Below are positions 18,002 to 26,945 of a stretch of 64,000 nt of DNA, piece by piece. The stretch is taken from positions 4,107,185 to 4,171,184 of the forward strand of contig OZ241889.1 of NCBI GenBank assembly GCA_965203355.1. Direction: 5' to 3'. Within the stretch, counting starts at the first letter, position 1, and the number at the start of each line of letters is the position of its first letter. Under the pieces are notes generated by a model. The model did not search any database and was not told where the DNA came from. It was given only the letters and a program-made list of their open reading frames with translations. This DNA comes from Candidatus Latescibacterota bacterium. GTDB lineage: Bacteria > Latescibacterota > UBA2968 > UBA8231. A program made the position numbers and the translations under genes.

Positions 18002-20665
18002 GTGAACCGTAAATGGATATTCCGGGCGGCGATAGCCATCCTATGGCTCGGCAGTGCTGCTGCTAACGCCCAAGAATACGGTGCGCGCATCGGCACCGTC
18101 AAAAAGGGTGGGGTGGTTTCCTTTGAGCCGCAGGGGCCGGGCGTCCTGTTCGGCGCTCTCGACCCGGCCAAGCGCAGGTGGTACGTGCCGCAGGAGCTGC
18201 TCAACGAATACCAGTGGCGGCAGTGGGAATACTCCAATTACGCCCGCGATCACTATCAGCGCTACGTCAGCGCCATCCGCGAAGGCGATTACTACTACGA
18301 CCTCTACGGCAATCTCGTCACTAGGGGCTGGCTGGTTTTCAACAACTCGCAAACCCAACCCCGGCAGTTTGGCTCTTCGGTGCTGAAGTCCAGCAATTTC
18401 GAGCGCTGGTTTAGTGGCGTGGTCATCTCAGCCGACTCCAAGGGCCAGCACCACTACGCCTTGACGGCCGGTACCAAGATCCGCTCGACCCTGACGCCGA
18501 TGACCTTCTCCAAGCCGCGCTGGGATGGCATTCAATTCGACTACGCAGCCGACAAATACCAAGGCACCCTGATCTACTCGCGCATCAGTCGCCCTGGCGG
18601 CACGTCGACCAACGATCAAGAGAGCTTGGTCACCAACGCCACATCCATGTTCGGCAGCCGCGCCACCGCGCAGGTGGGCGATTTCGCCACTGTGGGCCTG
18701 ACCATGGTCAACGCCCACCAGTCTAACACGCTCATCGACGGCTTTACCGGCAACCCCTTCACCGGTGAGCTATCAGTCGATCAGAACCAGACCGTTTCGA
18801 TCATCGAGATCGTCTTGCGCGACGACAGCCCCGAGGACGGCGTCGGCGGCGCGGCCTTCTTCAGTGCCGGTTCGGACATCATCATCACCTATCTCGACGG
18901 CACCCAAGACAACGGCAAGGCCATCCGCTTTGGGCCGATCATCGAGGGTGGCCTCGTGGGGGAGGGCTTCCTTTCGGCCGATGGGGCCGAGGAGATCCGC
19001 CTACGCTACGACTTTGACAGCCCGGCCTTTGTCAACCGCGCCTCGGGCACCAAAGAAGAAATCAAAAAGGTCGAGTTCCGCCTCGTGCTGGGCAATGACT
19101 ATCAGGTCTGGGTCACCTCCGACAGCCAGCTCAACGTCGGCGGCGAATCCGTACTCTTGCTCGTCGCCCAAGCTAAGGGCAACGTCCAAGACAATACCAA
19201 TTTGCAGATCGTCAGTTTTGACTACGGCCTGCCGACCTCCACCCAAATCTGGGGAGCAACCTTAGAACTGCAACAGGTCCTTGGCTTCGATTTCTACGGC
19301 GAGTACGATCTCAACTACAACTACACCAAGTATCCCAACGTAGTCGCCAAGACCCACACCACCTTCTCGGGCATCCGCGGCGACCGCGCTGCCGCTGCGT
19401 GGATGATGAACCTCTCGCGGATCGCGTTTCCCTTCTTCTTTTTTGGCGAAGCATACAGCATGGATCCTCGCTACTCTACCCGCACTTTCACCGCCCAAGG
19501 CGATGGCTTTATCGACTACGAGGACGAACGCATCCACGTCGTCGAACTAGTCGAGGACAACGACGACCAAGACGAATTTCCCGACACCGTGCGCAAAGAC
19601 TGGCAGGCCGGCGATCCGAGCGTCTTCCCCGGTTGGGACGAGAACAACGACTTCATCTCGGATTTCAACCAGAACGACAACCGCTTCTTGAGCAACCTCA
19701 TCCCAGACTACGAGGAGCCGTTCCTGCGCCACAACGTCGATCGGCCCGAATTCCTCTTCGGCATCGACCTGAACAACAACCTGTGGGTCGACCGCTTTGA
19801 AAACGACGAACTGCCCGACTACCCCTACAAGCGGGATCACCAAGGGTACAACGCCTACGGCGGCGTCCACTTCACCCCGGAACTACGGTTGATGGTTGGC
19901 GTCTTGCGCGAGGATCTCATTTCTTCCAACCAAAAAAACCACGCCAATTACGTCCTGCTAACCCTCGATCGCGACACCCCGGCTTGGGGTCGCTTCCGCG
20001 TCTTTGAGATGCTCAAATCCACTACCGACGACATTCCCGACGATCTCTTGCAGTGGCTGCCCAACGCCAATATCCGCACTGGTGAACCGACCAAAGTCGA
20101 AGATCCGCTCATCGCACGCGACGCTTGGATCAACAGCCTCTGGATCGGCCACGACTACAAGCTGCGCGGCCTGCTGACGGCCAACTACCTCAAATACGAT
20201 TTGTATCACCAGCGGCTCAGCGCCAATGAACGCGCGCTGTTGGGCCTGCGCGAGCGCGACTTTTTCTTTGGCCTAATCAACAAAATCAGCTATCGCTTCG
20301 ACTTTGGGCACCTGTGGCTGGAGCCGCGCTGGAAAAGCGAGTACCGCCGCCAGAGCCGCGACCTGATTTCGGCCGACGAGCGCACTGAACTGGCCGAGAT
20401 TGGCGGCTTCGTCCTCGGCTTTCCCCTGCTCAGCCACACGACCCTGCTGAGCGGGCTAGAGTTGACTTTTCTCAACGACCTGAAGCGCGATTCCAACGAC
20501 TTCAATGGCCTAGTCTGGGCCTTGCAGTTGGCCAATATCTCCGATTATCTCGGCTATAAGGTCACGACCCATGCGGGCATGAAAATCGACCGCCGCCAGC
20601 CCCGGGGCGAGGACGCGATGATTATTAACCAAATTTTTATTTCGATCTACGCGGGCTTGCAATAA
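18002..20665 (+). CDS. Large secreted protein, putative outer-membrane beta-barrel with Asp-rich loops
   Basis: RBS GAAGGAGG, GTG 18002; signal peptide ending ANA-Q; alternating aromatic/hydrophobic strands; C-terminal FISIYAGLQ. Confidence 0.6.
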   Translation: MNRKWIFRAAIAILWLGSAAANAQEYGARIGTVKKGGVVSFEPQGPGVLFGALDPAKRRWYVPQELLNEYQWRQWEYSNYARDHYQRYVSAIREGDYYYDLYGNLVTRGWLVFNNSQTQPRQFGSSVLKSSNFERWFSGVVISADSKGQHHYALTAGTKIRSTLTPMTFSKPRWDGIQFDYAADKYQGTLIYSRISRPGGTSTNDQESLVTNATSMFGSRATAQVGDFATVGLTMVNAHQSNTLIDGFTGNPFTGELSVDQNQTVSIIEIVLRDDSPEDGVGGAAFFSAGSDIIITYLDGTQDNGKAIRFGPIIEGGLVGEGFLSADGAEEIRLRYDFDSPAFVNRASGTKEEIKKVEFRLVLGNDYQVWVTSDSQLNVGGESVLLLVAQAKGNVQDNTNLQIVSFDYGLPTSTQIWGATLELQQVLGFDFYGEYDLNYNYTKYPNVVAKTHTTFSGIRGDRAAAAWMMNLSRIAFPFFFFGEAYSMDPRYSTRTFTAQGDGFIDYEDERIHVVELVEDNDDQDEFPDTVRKDWQAGDPSVFPGWDENNDFISDFNQNDNRFLSNLIPDYEEPFLRHNVDRPEFLFGIDLNNNLWVDRFENDELPDYPYKRDHQGYNAYGGVHFTPELRLMVGVLREDLISSNQKNHANYVLLTLDRDTPAWGRFRVFEMLKSTTDDIPDDLLQWLPNANIRTGEPTKVEDPLIARDAWINSLWIGHDYKLRGLLTANYLKYDLYHQRLSANERALLGLRERDFFFGLINKISYRFDFGHLWLEPRWKSEYRRQSRDLISADERTELAEIGGFVLGFPLLSHTTLLSGLELTFLNDLKRDSNDFNGLVWALQLANISDYLGYKVTTHAGMKIDRRQPRGEDAMIINQIFISIYAGLQ

Positions 20666-20672
20666 GCGCGTA

Positions 20673-22892
20673 GTGCCCATGGCTAGACGCTGGATGTTCG
20701 TGGGGGGGGTGGCCGTCTTTGCGCTCGCCCTCTCGGTGCGTCTGTACTACCTCCAAGAAATACGCACCAACCCGATTTTCACCGCACCCGTCGTCGATGC
20801 CCTCACCTATGTCGAGGAAGCGCGCTACTTCAGCGAAGTCTCCTTTGCGGGGCGGGCCGCGCCCTTCTGGCAACCGCCGCTCTACCCTGTGCTGCTCGGC
20901 GTCCTCTTTGCGCTCGCCGGGGACGACCTCTACCTGCCGCGACTCATCCAAGCCGTCATCGGCGCGGTCGTCTGCGTTCTCATCTGTCTGTTGGGATACC
21001 GGGTTTTTGGCGCGGGAATCGGGCTCGGCGCGGGGATTGCCGCGGCATTGTACGGTCCCTTCATCTACTTTGGCGGCGAATTGCTGCCAACTTTGCTAGC
21101 CTGTTGCCTCAACTTGCTCGCGCTGTTGCTCGCAATCAACGCGGATGGCTGGACGCGCTGGCTAGCAGCCGGGGTGCTGCTGGGCCTGTCCGCGCTCGCC
21201 GTGGCCAATGTGCTGCTCTTTGCGCCCGTGCTGTTGGGCTATCTCTACTGGCGACAGCGGCGGCTCCACCCGCCCGCTGTGCTGCTCTTGGGCTGTGCGC
21301 TGGTCATCGCACCGGTCGCGTATCGCAACTGGGCGGTCGGCGGCGATAGTGTGCTCATCTCGCACAACGCGGGCATCAACTTTTACATCGGCAACAACGC
21401 CGACTACGAACAAACGACCCGCATCCGCCCGGGGCGGGCTTGGATCGAACTGGTGGAAATGCCCGAGTACCGCGCCGACATTGAGCGGCCTTCAGCCAAA
21501 TCGCGCTATTTTTTTGCCCAATCTTGGCAATACATAACCTCCGAGCCGCTCGATTTCTTGGGCTTGCTGGCGTACAAGGGCTACCTATTTCTGCGCGGCG
21601 ACGAAATCCCGCGCAATCGCGACCTCTACTTTGCCCGCAACGACTCTGCGCTTTTGTCGATCCTGCTGTGGAAAAAGGGACTGGCGTTTCCCTTCGGCTT
21701 GGTCGCCCCGTTGGCACTTTTGGGACTTTTCGCCGCTCTGCGTACCTCCGAGTCTCCCGAGGAGCGCTTGCTGGCACTCTTTGTAGCTTGCTATGCACTT
21801 TCTGTGGTCCTGTTTTTCGTCACCGGACGCTACCGTCTGCCGGCCGTGCCCGTGCTGTTGCTGTTTGCAGCTTGTGGGGTGCGCATCCTGTGGCAACGGC
21901 CTTGGCCCGCGCTCGCCGCCGTTGCCGCACTCTTGATCTTTTGCAATGTAGCCACGGGCGCGATGGACCGAGCGGGCGATGCCCACGAGCACTACTATCT
22001 CGGCTACGCCTACGAGAAACGGGCCATGCCGGCCCACGCCGCCCGCCACTACCGCCACGCCATTGCTCGCGACCCTACCTTCGCCGAACCACTCCTCGCA
22101 CTCGCGGCACTCCACAGCGAGGCCGAGCGCTACGGCAAGGCCCTTGAACTCTATCGTCGCTACCTTGAGACGCAGCCCCACGACGCGGATGTGCGGTTTC
22201 TCCTAGGCCACACCGCCCTGCTCGCTCGGCACTACGACGAGGCGGCGGCCGCGTACTCCGAGGTCGCAACGGCGCGGCCCAACTGGGCAGCCGCACACGG
22301 GGGCCTCGGCTACGCCCTCCTGATGGCAGACCAACCTCAACGTGCCGCCCAAGCGTATAGCCGCACACTCGAACTGAATCCAGACTCGACTCTCGTGCGC
22401 TATCAACTAGCCCGTCTGTACGCGGCGCAGGGACAAAATCGCCAGGCCATGGCCGAGTTAGAGCAACTCGTGCAACGCGAGCCGCACGTGCCCGAGTACC
22501 CAACCCGCCTCGCCGACTTGCTCATCCAACTTGAACAAGGAACGGCCATGGCCCTCGGGCCGACCGACCGACTGGCAGAGGCCGAGAAACTCTTGCGCCG
22601 CGCCATCGCGCTTGATGCCAAGGCCGCGCATCCCCATTGGAGCTTGGGTATGCTCTACGCCCGCCAAGGCCGCTATGCAGAAGCTGTGCCCCTGTTTGAG
22701 CATCTGCGCCAGATCGCCCCGCGCGACTACCAGGCCCATCTATTCCTCGGGCATCTCTACCAACGCACCGGACGCCCAGCCGACGCGGCGGCCCAATTCG
22801 CGGCCTTTAGCCGCAGCCAGCGCGCCTATCGAATGGAAAAGGTGGCACGCCGGGAAATGGAAGCCCAAATCGAACAAATTTTCGGCGGTTGA
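20673..22892 (+). CDS. GT-C fold glycosyltransferase (PMT/GT39/ArnT-like) with C-terminal TPRs
   Basis: VVDALTY, PFWQPPLYP, NAGINFYIGNN, FFVTGRYRLP, many TM segments followed by TPRs. Confidence 0.8.
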   Translation: MPMARRWMFVGGVAVFALALSVRLYYLQEIRTNPIFTAPVVDALTYVEEARYFSEVSFAGRAAPFWQPPLYPVLLGVLFALAGDDLYLPRLIQAVIGAVVCVLICLLGYRVFGAGIGLGAGIAAALYGPFIYFGGELLPTLLACCLNLLALLLAINADGWTRWLAAGVLLGLSALAVANVLLFAPVLLGYLYWRQRRLHPPAVLLLGCALVIAPVAYRNWAVGGDSVLISHNAGINFYIGNNADYEQTTRIRPGRAWIELVEMPEYRADIERPSAKSRYFFAQSWQYITSEPLDFLGLLAYKGYLFLRGDEIPRNRDLYFARNDSALLSILLWKKGLAFPFGLVAPLALLGLFAALRTSESPEERLLALFVACYALSVVLFFVTGRYRLPAVPVLLLFAACGVRILWQRPWPALAAVAALLIFCNVATGAMDRAGDAHEHYYLGYAYEKRAMPAHAARHYRHAIARDPTFAEPLLALAALHSEAERYGKALELYRRYLETQPHDADVRFLLGHTALLARHYDEAAAAYSEVATARPNWAAAHGGLGYALLMADQPQRAAQAYSRTLELNPDSTLVRYQLARLYAAQGQNRQAMAELEQLVQREPHVPEYPTRLADLLIQLEQGTAMALGPTDRLAEAEKLLRRAIALDAKAAHPHWSLGMLYARQGRYAEAVPLFEHLRQIAPRDYQAHLFLGHLYQRTGRPADAAAQFAAFSRSQRAYRMEKVARREMEAQIEQIFGG

Positions 22893-23042
22893 TTGCTCCA
22901 ATGCGTACTCGAACAGTTGCTTCTGTATCTCTAAGCTCATGCGAGCATGTACCTCTTCGCGCCCAACGAGCGGAGCGAAGTCCGTTGCATTATTGGTGGC
23001 AATTACACACTCATCCTCGACAGCGCGTCGCACAAGGGTCCA
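22893..23042 (-). pseudogene. Remnant of DUF5615 PIN-like toxin
   Basis: Minus strand reads WTLVRRAVEDECVIATNNATDFAPLVGREEVHA/RMSLEIQKQLFEYALEQ, resembling DUF5615 (V.TNN..DF...HAG); N-terminus missing, apparent internal deletion. Confidence 0.55.
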
Positions 23043-23191
23043 TCTTACTTAGCGAATAACGTGCGTCGCCTGATAGACCTGAGTTTGAGCGATTGCTACG
23101 AGATCGGAAATGATGCGATACACGTACTTTACGGGAACTTCCGCAACTAGATCGTGATATCCAGCCATTTCTAGTACGCAACCGCTGCGAT

Positions 23192-24583
23192 TTACTTAAG
23201 CTTGCGCTGCTCCTTTTCAATGATCTCCAGTTGCGCCTCTAGTGCGTCATAGTATTCGGGCAGCGGTTCCACATCCATCAGCACATCCACACCTTGCTGC
23301 TGGCAGTTAGTGAATAGGATCATGCCACCTTCGCTCGGTTCCTCCGCGTCCTGCACTGCTTTGCGTAGGTCCGCATAGAAGGAGTGCCTATCTGCACGCT
23401 CGGCCTTTAGTTCCTTAGATGCCATTCTATAAAATGTGGTCTCTGCACTTGGGAAAACCATTCGCTTGAAGAAACCCTCCTCGGCGATTCCATTGGCCGC
23501 AACTGCTAGGGGCTGCTCAAAAAACGAGTCCATGGCACCTACGACATTACTGAATAGCTCCACAAACGCGTCTCGAAACTCGGTAGCCAGATACTGAAGC
23601 TCCTCAATATATCTCCGCAGATGGCGTTCCTTGAACCATCCGCTGATCCCCTTGCCAGTGAAGATGCCGGCCAAACTACCTAGTATTGGTAGGACAACCG
23701 CTGATAGGCCTCCGGTCACGGGTGCCAACGCTAGGCCCCAACCAAGACCAGCCGTGCCTCCGAGCCAACCACCAACACCGCTGGCAGCCGTGTCCAGCGC
23801 GGTATGTTCTGCTGCGGTCTTGAGATCGACGTCGCCTTTGCGCCATTTATGGATATTCTTACATGTGTTAATGGCCAACGAAATGAAGGGGATGCTATCA
23901 ATTCCATCTCCGAGGTCGGCTATCGCCTTAAACGTATCGCCTGTGGCGTCAGACACTTCCTGAGACGAAAGTTGAACTATTCTAACGCGGGGATTATCGC
24001 TGAAGTAGTCGGCCATTTCTCGAGTTGTTATTACGTCAATATCTGGATATTTGTCGAGGTGTTCTTGAATGTAATGCGGATCGTCTGTGATCTTAACATT
24101 ATATGGTTTTCCATCTGCTATAAGATCTAGTCCCTCGGTAGTGCCTGACTCTGGCATCTCGACGTTATGGCCGGACTCTCGAAGGTGCTCAGCCACCCTC
24201 TCCTCGCCGGTGTAGCCCTTGTACTTGTCAAGCATCTGTTTCCAAGCTTCGTCGCCAGGTTTGGACTTAATAATATTGCTTTTCATAAAGTCCATGAGTT
24301 CGCCAAGGTTATTGAAGTTTTGTGCCTGATGTAGATGATCTATTCCCCGCAGAACGTTGGGGTCCAGTTTCATCATGTTGTAGAGCACATCAAACACGCT
24401 TACACCTGTCACTAAAACTCCGTCCACCCTAAATTCTCTCGCCACGCGTGCTCGTAGCGAATCGTCAACCTCGAGCGTCTTTGTAAGGAAGGCCCGATGG
24501 TGCGATCGCCGGATATGTGAGACTGTGCCAAGCGAGACAGCCACAAGACCTGCTATTGTTATCGAGAGTATTATTTCCATCAA
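23192..24583 (-). CDS. Hypothetical AT-rich protein with PD-(D/E)XK-like motif and glycine-zipper membrane segment
   Basis: 463-aa ORF, composition unlike neighbours; KGYTGEERV...EGLDL..DG...NVK; GVGGWLGGTAGLGWGLALAPVTGG. Confidence 0.7.
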   Translation of the reverse strand: MMEIILSITIAGLVAVSLGTVSHIRRSHHRAFLTKTLEVDDSLRARVAREFRVDGVLVTGVSVFDVLYNMMKLDPNVLRGIDHLHQAQNFNNLGELMDFMKSNIIKSKPGDEAWKQMLDKYKGYTGEERVAEHLRESGHNVEMPESGTTEGLDLIADGKPYNVKITDDPHYIQEHLDKYPDIDVITTREMADYFSDNPRVRIVQLSSQEVSDATGDTFKAIADLGDGIDSIPFISLAINTCKNIHKWRKGDVDLKTAAEHTALDTAASGVGGWLGGTAGLGWGLALAPVTGGLSAVVLPILGSLAGIFTGKGISGWFKERHLRRYIEELQYLATEFRDAFVELFSNVVGAMDSFFEQPLAVAANGIAEEGFFKRMVFPSAETTFYRMASKELKAERADRHSFYADLRKAVQDAEEPSEGGMILFTNCQQQGVDVLMDVEPLPEYYDALEAQLEIIEKEQRKLK

Positions 24584-24706
24584 TAGTACCTACTTCGCGT
24601 TTTGCTCCACAACGCGGTTCGTTCATTCAGTCTGGTTCGCGGCGGGCGCGAGCACCAAACAGCACGGCTGTCGGCGCAGCCCAGTAGATGCGCTATTTAT
24701 AACTTC

Positions 24707-26806
24707 TTAGTACGCCACGGCCACGACGTGGCTTTGCTCGGCGGCACCCGAATCCCCCGAAACAAAAACGCGCGCTACGTACAGACCCGGAGGAACCGGC
24801 TGGCCTTGATCGTCGCGGCCATCCCACACTTTGTCTGTGTAGCGACCGTTGGTCTCTTCACCGTCAAAAAGGACGCGCACCCGCCGACCGCTCAAATCGT
24901 AGAGCGCGACCTCGACCGGCCGTGGGGTACTCAACGCCAGCAGATTGTAGTGGATGATCGCCTCGTCGTTAATGCCGTCGCCATTGGGAGTAAAGGGGTT
25001 GGGCGCAGCCTGCACTCGACCCAAGAGTTGCCCTTCGGCCAATACGGACGAGCTGAGTACTGTGGTACTGGAAAAGGCGTCCTCGTCCCCGGCGCCCAAA
25101 AAGGCCACATTGCCTGAGTCAATGACTTGGGCTGCACCCGATTCGGTTGTAAGCCGGGCCGCCGCGGTGAAGTTGGTGCTGTACGTCAGCACGTTGGTTT
25201 GGAAGCGAATTTGCACCTGGGTCTGGTCGTCGGTCACCACCGGGAAGCGCACGGCAAAATGGTCGTCGGCAACCTCGGCAATGGCGAACTCTTCGCTGGC
25301 CGCGTCAAAGCGGTCGAATTGGTGTGCGGCCACGACCGCGCCAGCACCATCGAGAATCTGCACCGCGTCAATACTCGATACGCGCGTCGGCGTGTCGATC
25401 TCAATGGTGTCGAAACCGCGCAGGCCGTCCGTACCCATAGCGGCGCGCACGGCAAAGGTAAAGGGCACTTCCTCAGATACCTGTACCTCGCGTGGAAAAA
25501 CCTCGCCGACCAAGGCATCGGCAAACGGCGGTGTCAACAAGTCAAAGCTCAGCGACTTGATCGCGCGCGCGGCCTCTAGGTCACTGCTATTAAAAACTAC
25601 CTCAAACTGCATGTAGCGGCGCGGGCTAGGCGAGACAATGGGCCGGCCCGGGCCGTTGGCTGCGTCCGCCGGATAAGGCGTGCTGAAGGGACTCCAATTG
25701 ATCAAGTCGTCGGTCACGGCCCCGGCCATCCACTCGCGGCCCGCGGCGTCGATGATGGGCGTCTGCCCGGCCCGTTGGGGCAATTTACGATACTCGGCTA
25801 GGCCCATCTCCTCTCCGGGGTTTTCCAGCGAAAAAGGAATGTCCTCGGAGTCTTGCTTGCCGCGCAGACGACGGGTGTACACAAAGGGCGAGATGTCCGT
25901 GCCGGTGCGCGTGCGGATCTGCGCACTGGAGAAGCGCGGATCGCCCAACACCTCTTCCACCCAACGCAGCGTTCCCCACACGGCGGGTTGCCCGGCGTCG
26001 AAAATGTCCGACACATATTGAGCCTGCGACAAAAAGCCCTTGCCGAAAACCTCGATCTCGTCGATCTCAAAATCTACCGGCGAAGTCGCGCGCAAGCGCA
26101 GGTGTTGGACGTAACGCGGCGGGTCGAGCGGCACGTCGATAACCGCGACTTGGTTGTCGGTTTCGGCGATCAGTGGCCTCCAGATGGGCGTGTTCTCGCC
26201 GGTCAGGTTCAGGCCGTCGTTGGTAAAAAGCTCATACGCCCGCAGGTAGTCGTTTTGGAAGGGGGTCGAGGGCGAGGGTACGACCGTGTTGCGCGGATAG
26301 ATGCGGATGCGCTCCACCCCAAAGCGCGCTCCTAAGTTGAGCAGAACTAGGATGCCCAGGGCATTCTGATTCTTGCGCTCAAAGGCCAACAGCTCGCCGC
26401 CCGCCTCGTCCGAGAGCAGCTCCTTTAGCATCATCTCCAAGTCGAGCGGCTTGAACGTGCCGCTGAAGTCGAAGACATTGGGCGATACAATGTCGCCGCC
26501 GCGCTCAATGGTGCCGACGGCCACGTTCTCTCCCTCGGCAATGCGCCGGGGCAGGATGCTGTGCGGGAAATCGTCGCGGGCGAATTCGACTAAGTCGCCG
26601 GGCGCATTGCCCACCAGCAAGTTGTTGGGGTCCAAAGGGGAGCGGTGCTCGGCGTCAATGGTGGTGACGACCGCCTCGCCTTCGCCCTGCCAGTCCAAAT
26701 CGCCGCCCCCCCCAATCGAGACCGCGTCGAGAGCCAAACTTCCGCTCGGCAGCCAGAACACTAAGACGAAGCCGACGGCCGCAGCACAATGCGCTTTCAT
26801 GTCCAT
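24707..26806 (-). CDS. Secreted protein with C-terminal FlgD-Ig / T9SS-CTD-like domain (paralog of 14965 and 26946)
   Basis: Signal peptide; RTRTG, WSPFSTPY, SPSPRRYMQ, GEVFP; PNPFTPNGDGIND...WDGRDDQGQPVPPGLY...VAVAY. Confidence 0.82.
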   Translation of the reverse strand: MDMKAHCAAAVGFVLVFWLPSGSLALDAVSIGGGGDLDWQGEGEAVVTTIDAEHRSPLDPNNLLVGNAPGDLVEFARDDFPHSILPRRIAEGENVAVGTIERGGDIVSPNVFDFSGTFKPLDLEMMLKELLSDEAGGELLAFERKNQNALGILVLLNLGARFGVERIRIYPRNTVVPSPSTPFQNDYLRAYELFTNDGLNLTGENTPIWRPLIAETDNQVAVIDVPLDPPRYVQHLRLRATSPVDFEIDEIEVFGKGFLSQAQYVSDIFDAGQPAVWGTLRWVEEVLGDPRFSSAQIRTRTGTDISPFVYTRRLRGKQDSEDIPFSLENPGEEMGLAEYRKLPQRAGQTPIIDAAGREWMAGAVTDDLINWSPFSTPYPADAANGPGRPIVSPSPRRYMQFEVVFNSSDLEAARAIKSLSFDLLTPPFADALVGEVFPREVQVSEEVPFTFAVRAAMGTDGLRGFDTIEIDTPTRVSSIDAVQILDGAGAVVAAHQFDRFDAASEEFAIAEVADDHFAVRFPVVTDDQTQVQIRFQTNVLTYSTNFTAAARLTTESGAAQVIDSGNVAFLGAGDEDAFSSTTVLSSSVLAEGQLLGRVQAAPNPFTPNGDGINDEAIIHYNLLALSTPRPVEVALYDLSGRRVRVLFDGEETNGRYTDKVWDGRDDQGQPVPPGLYVARVFVSGDSGAAEQSHVVAVAY

Positions 26807-26945
26807 CCTCCGTGCGATTTGCTACATAAAGCAACCAAAGTACAGGCACAAATCAAGTTAAACGCGACTCGCCATGCACCTATCCGAACTTGCTAAACCG
26901 CCCGTTTCCTTGTTTATATTACCCGCATTTCAAGAAAGAGACGCC

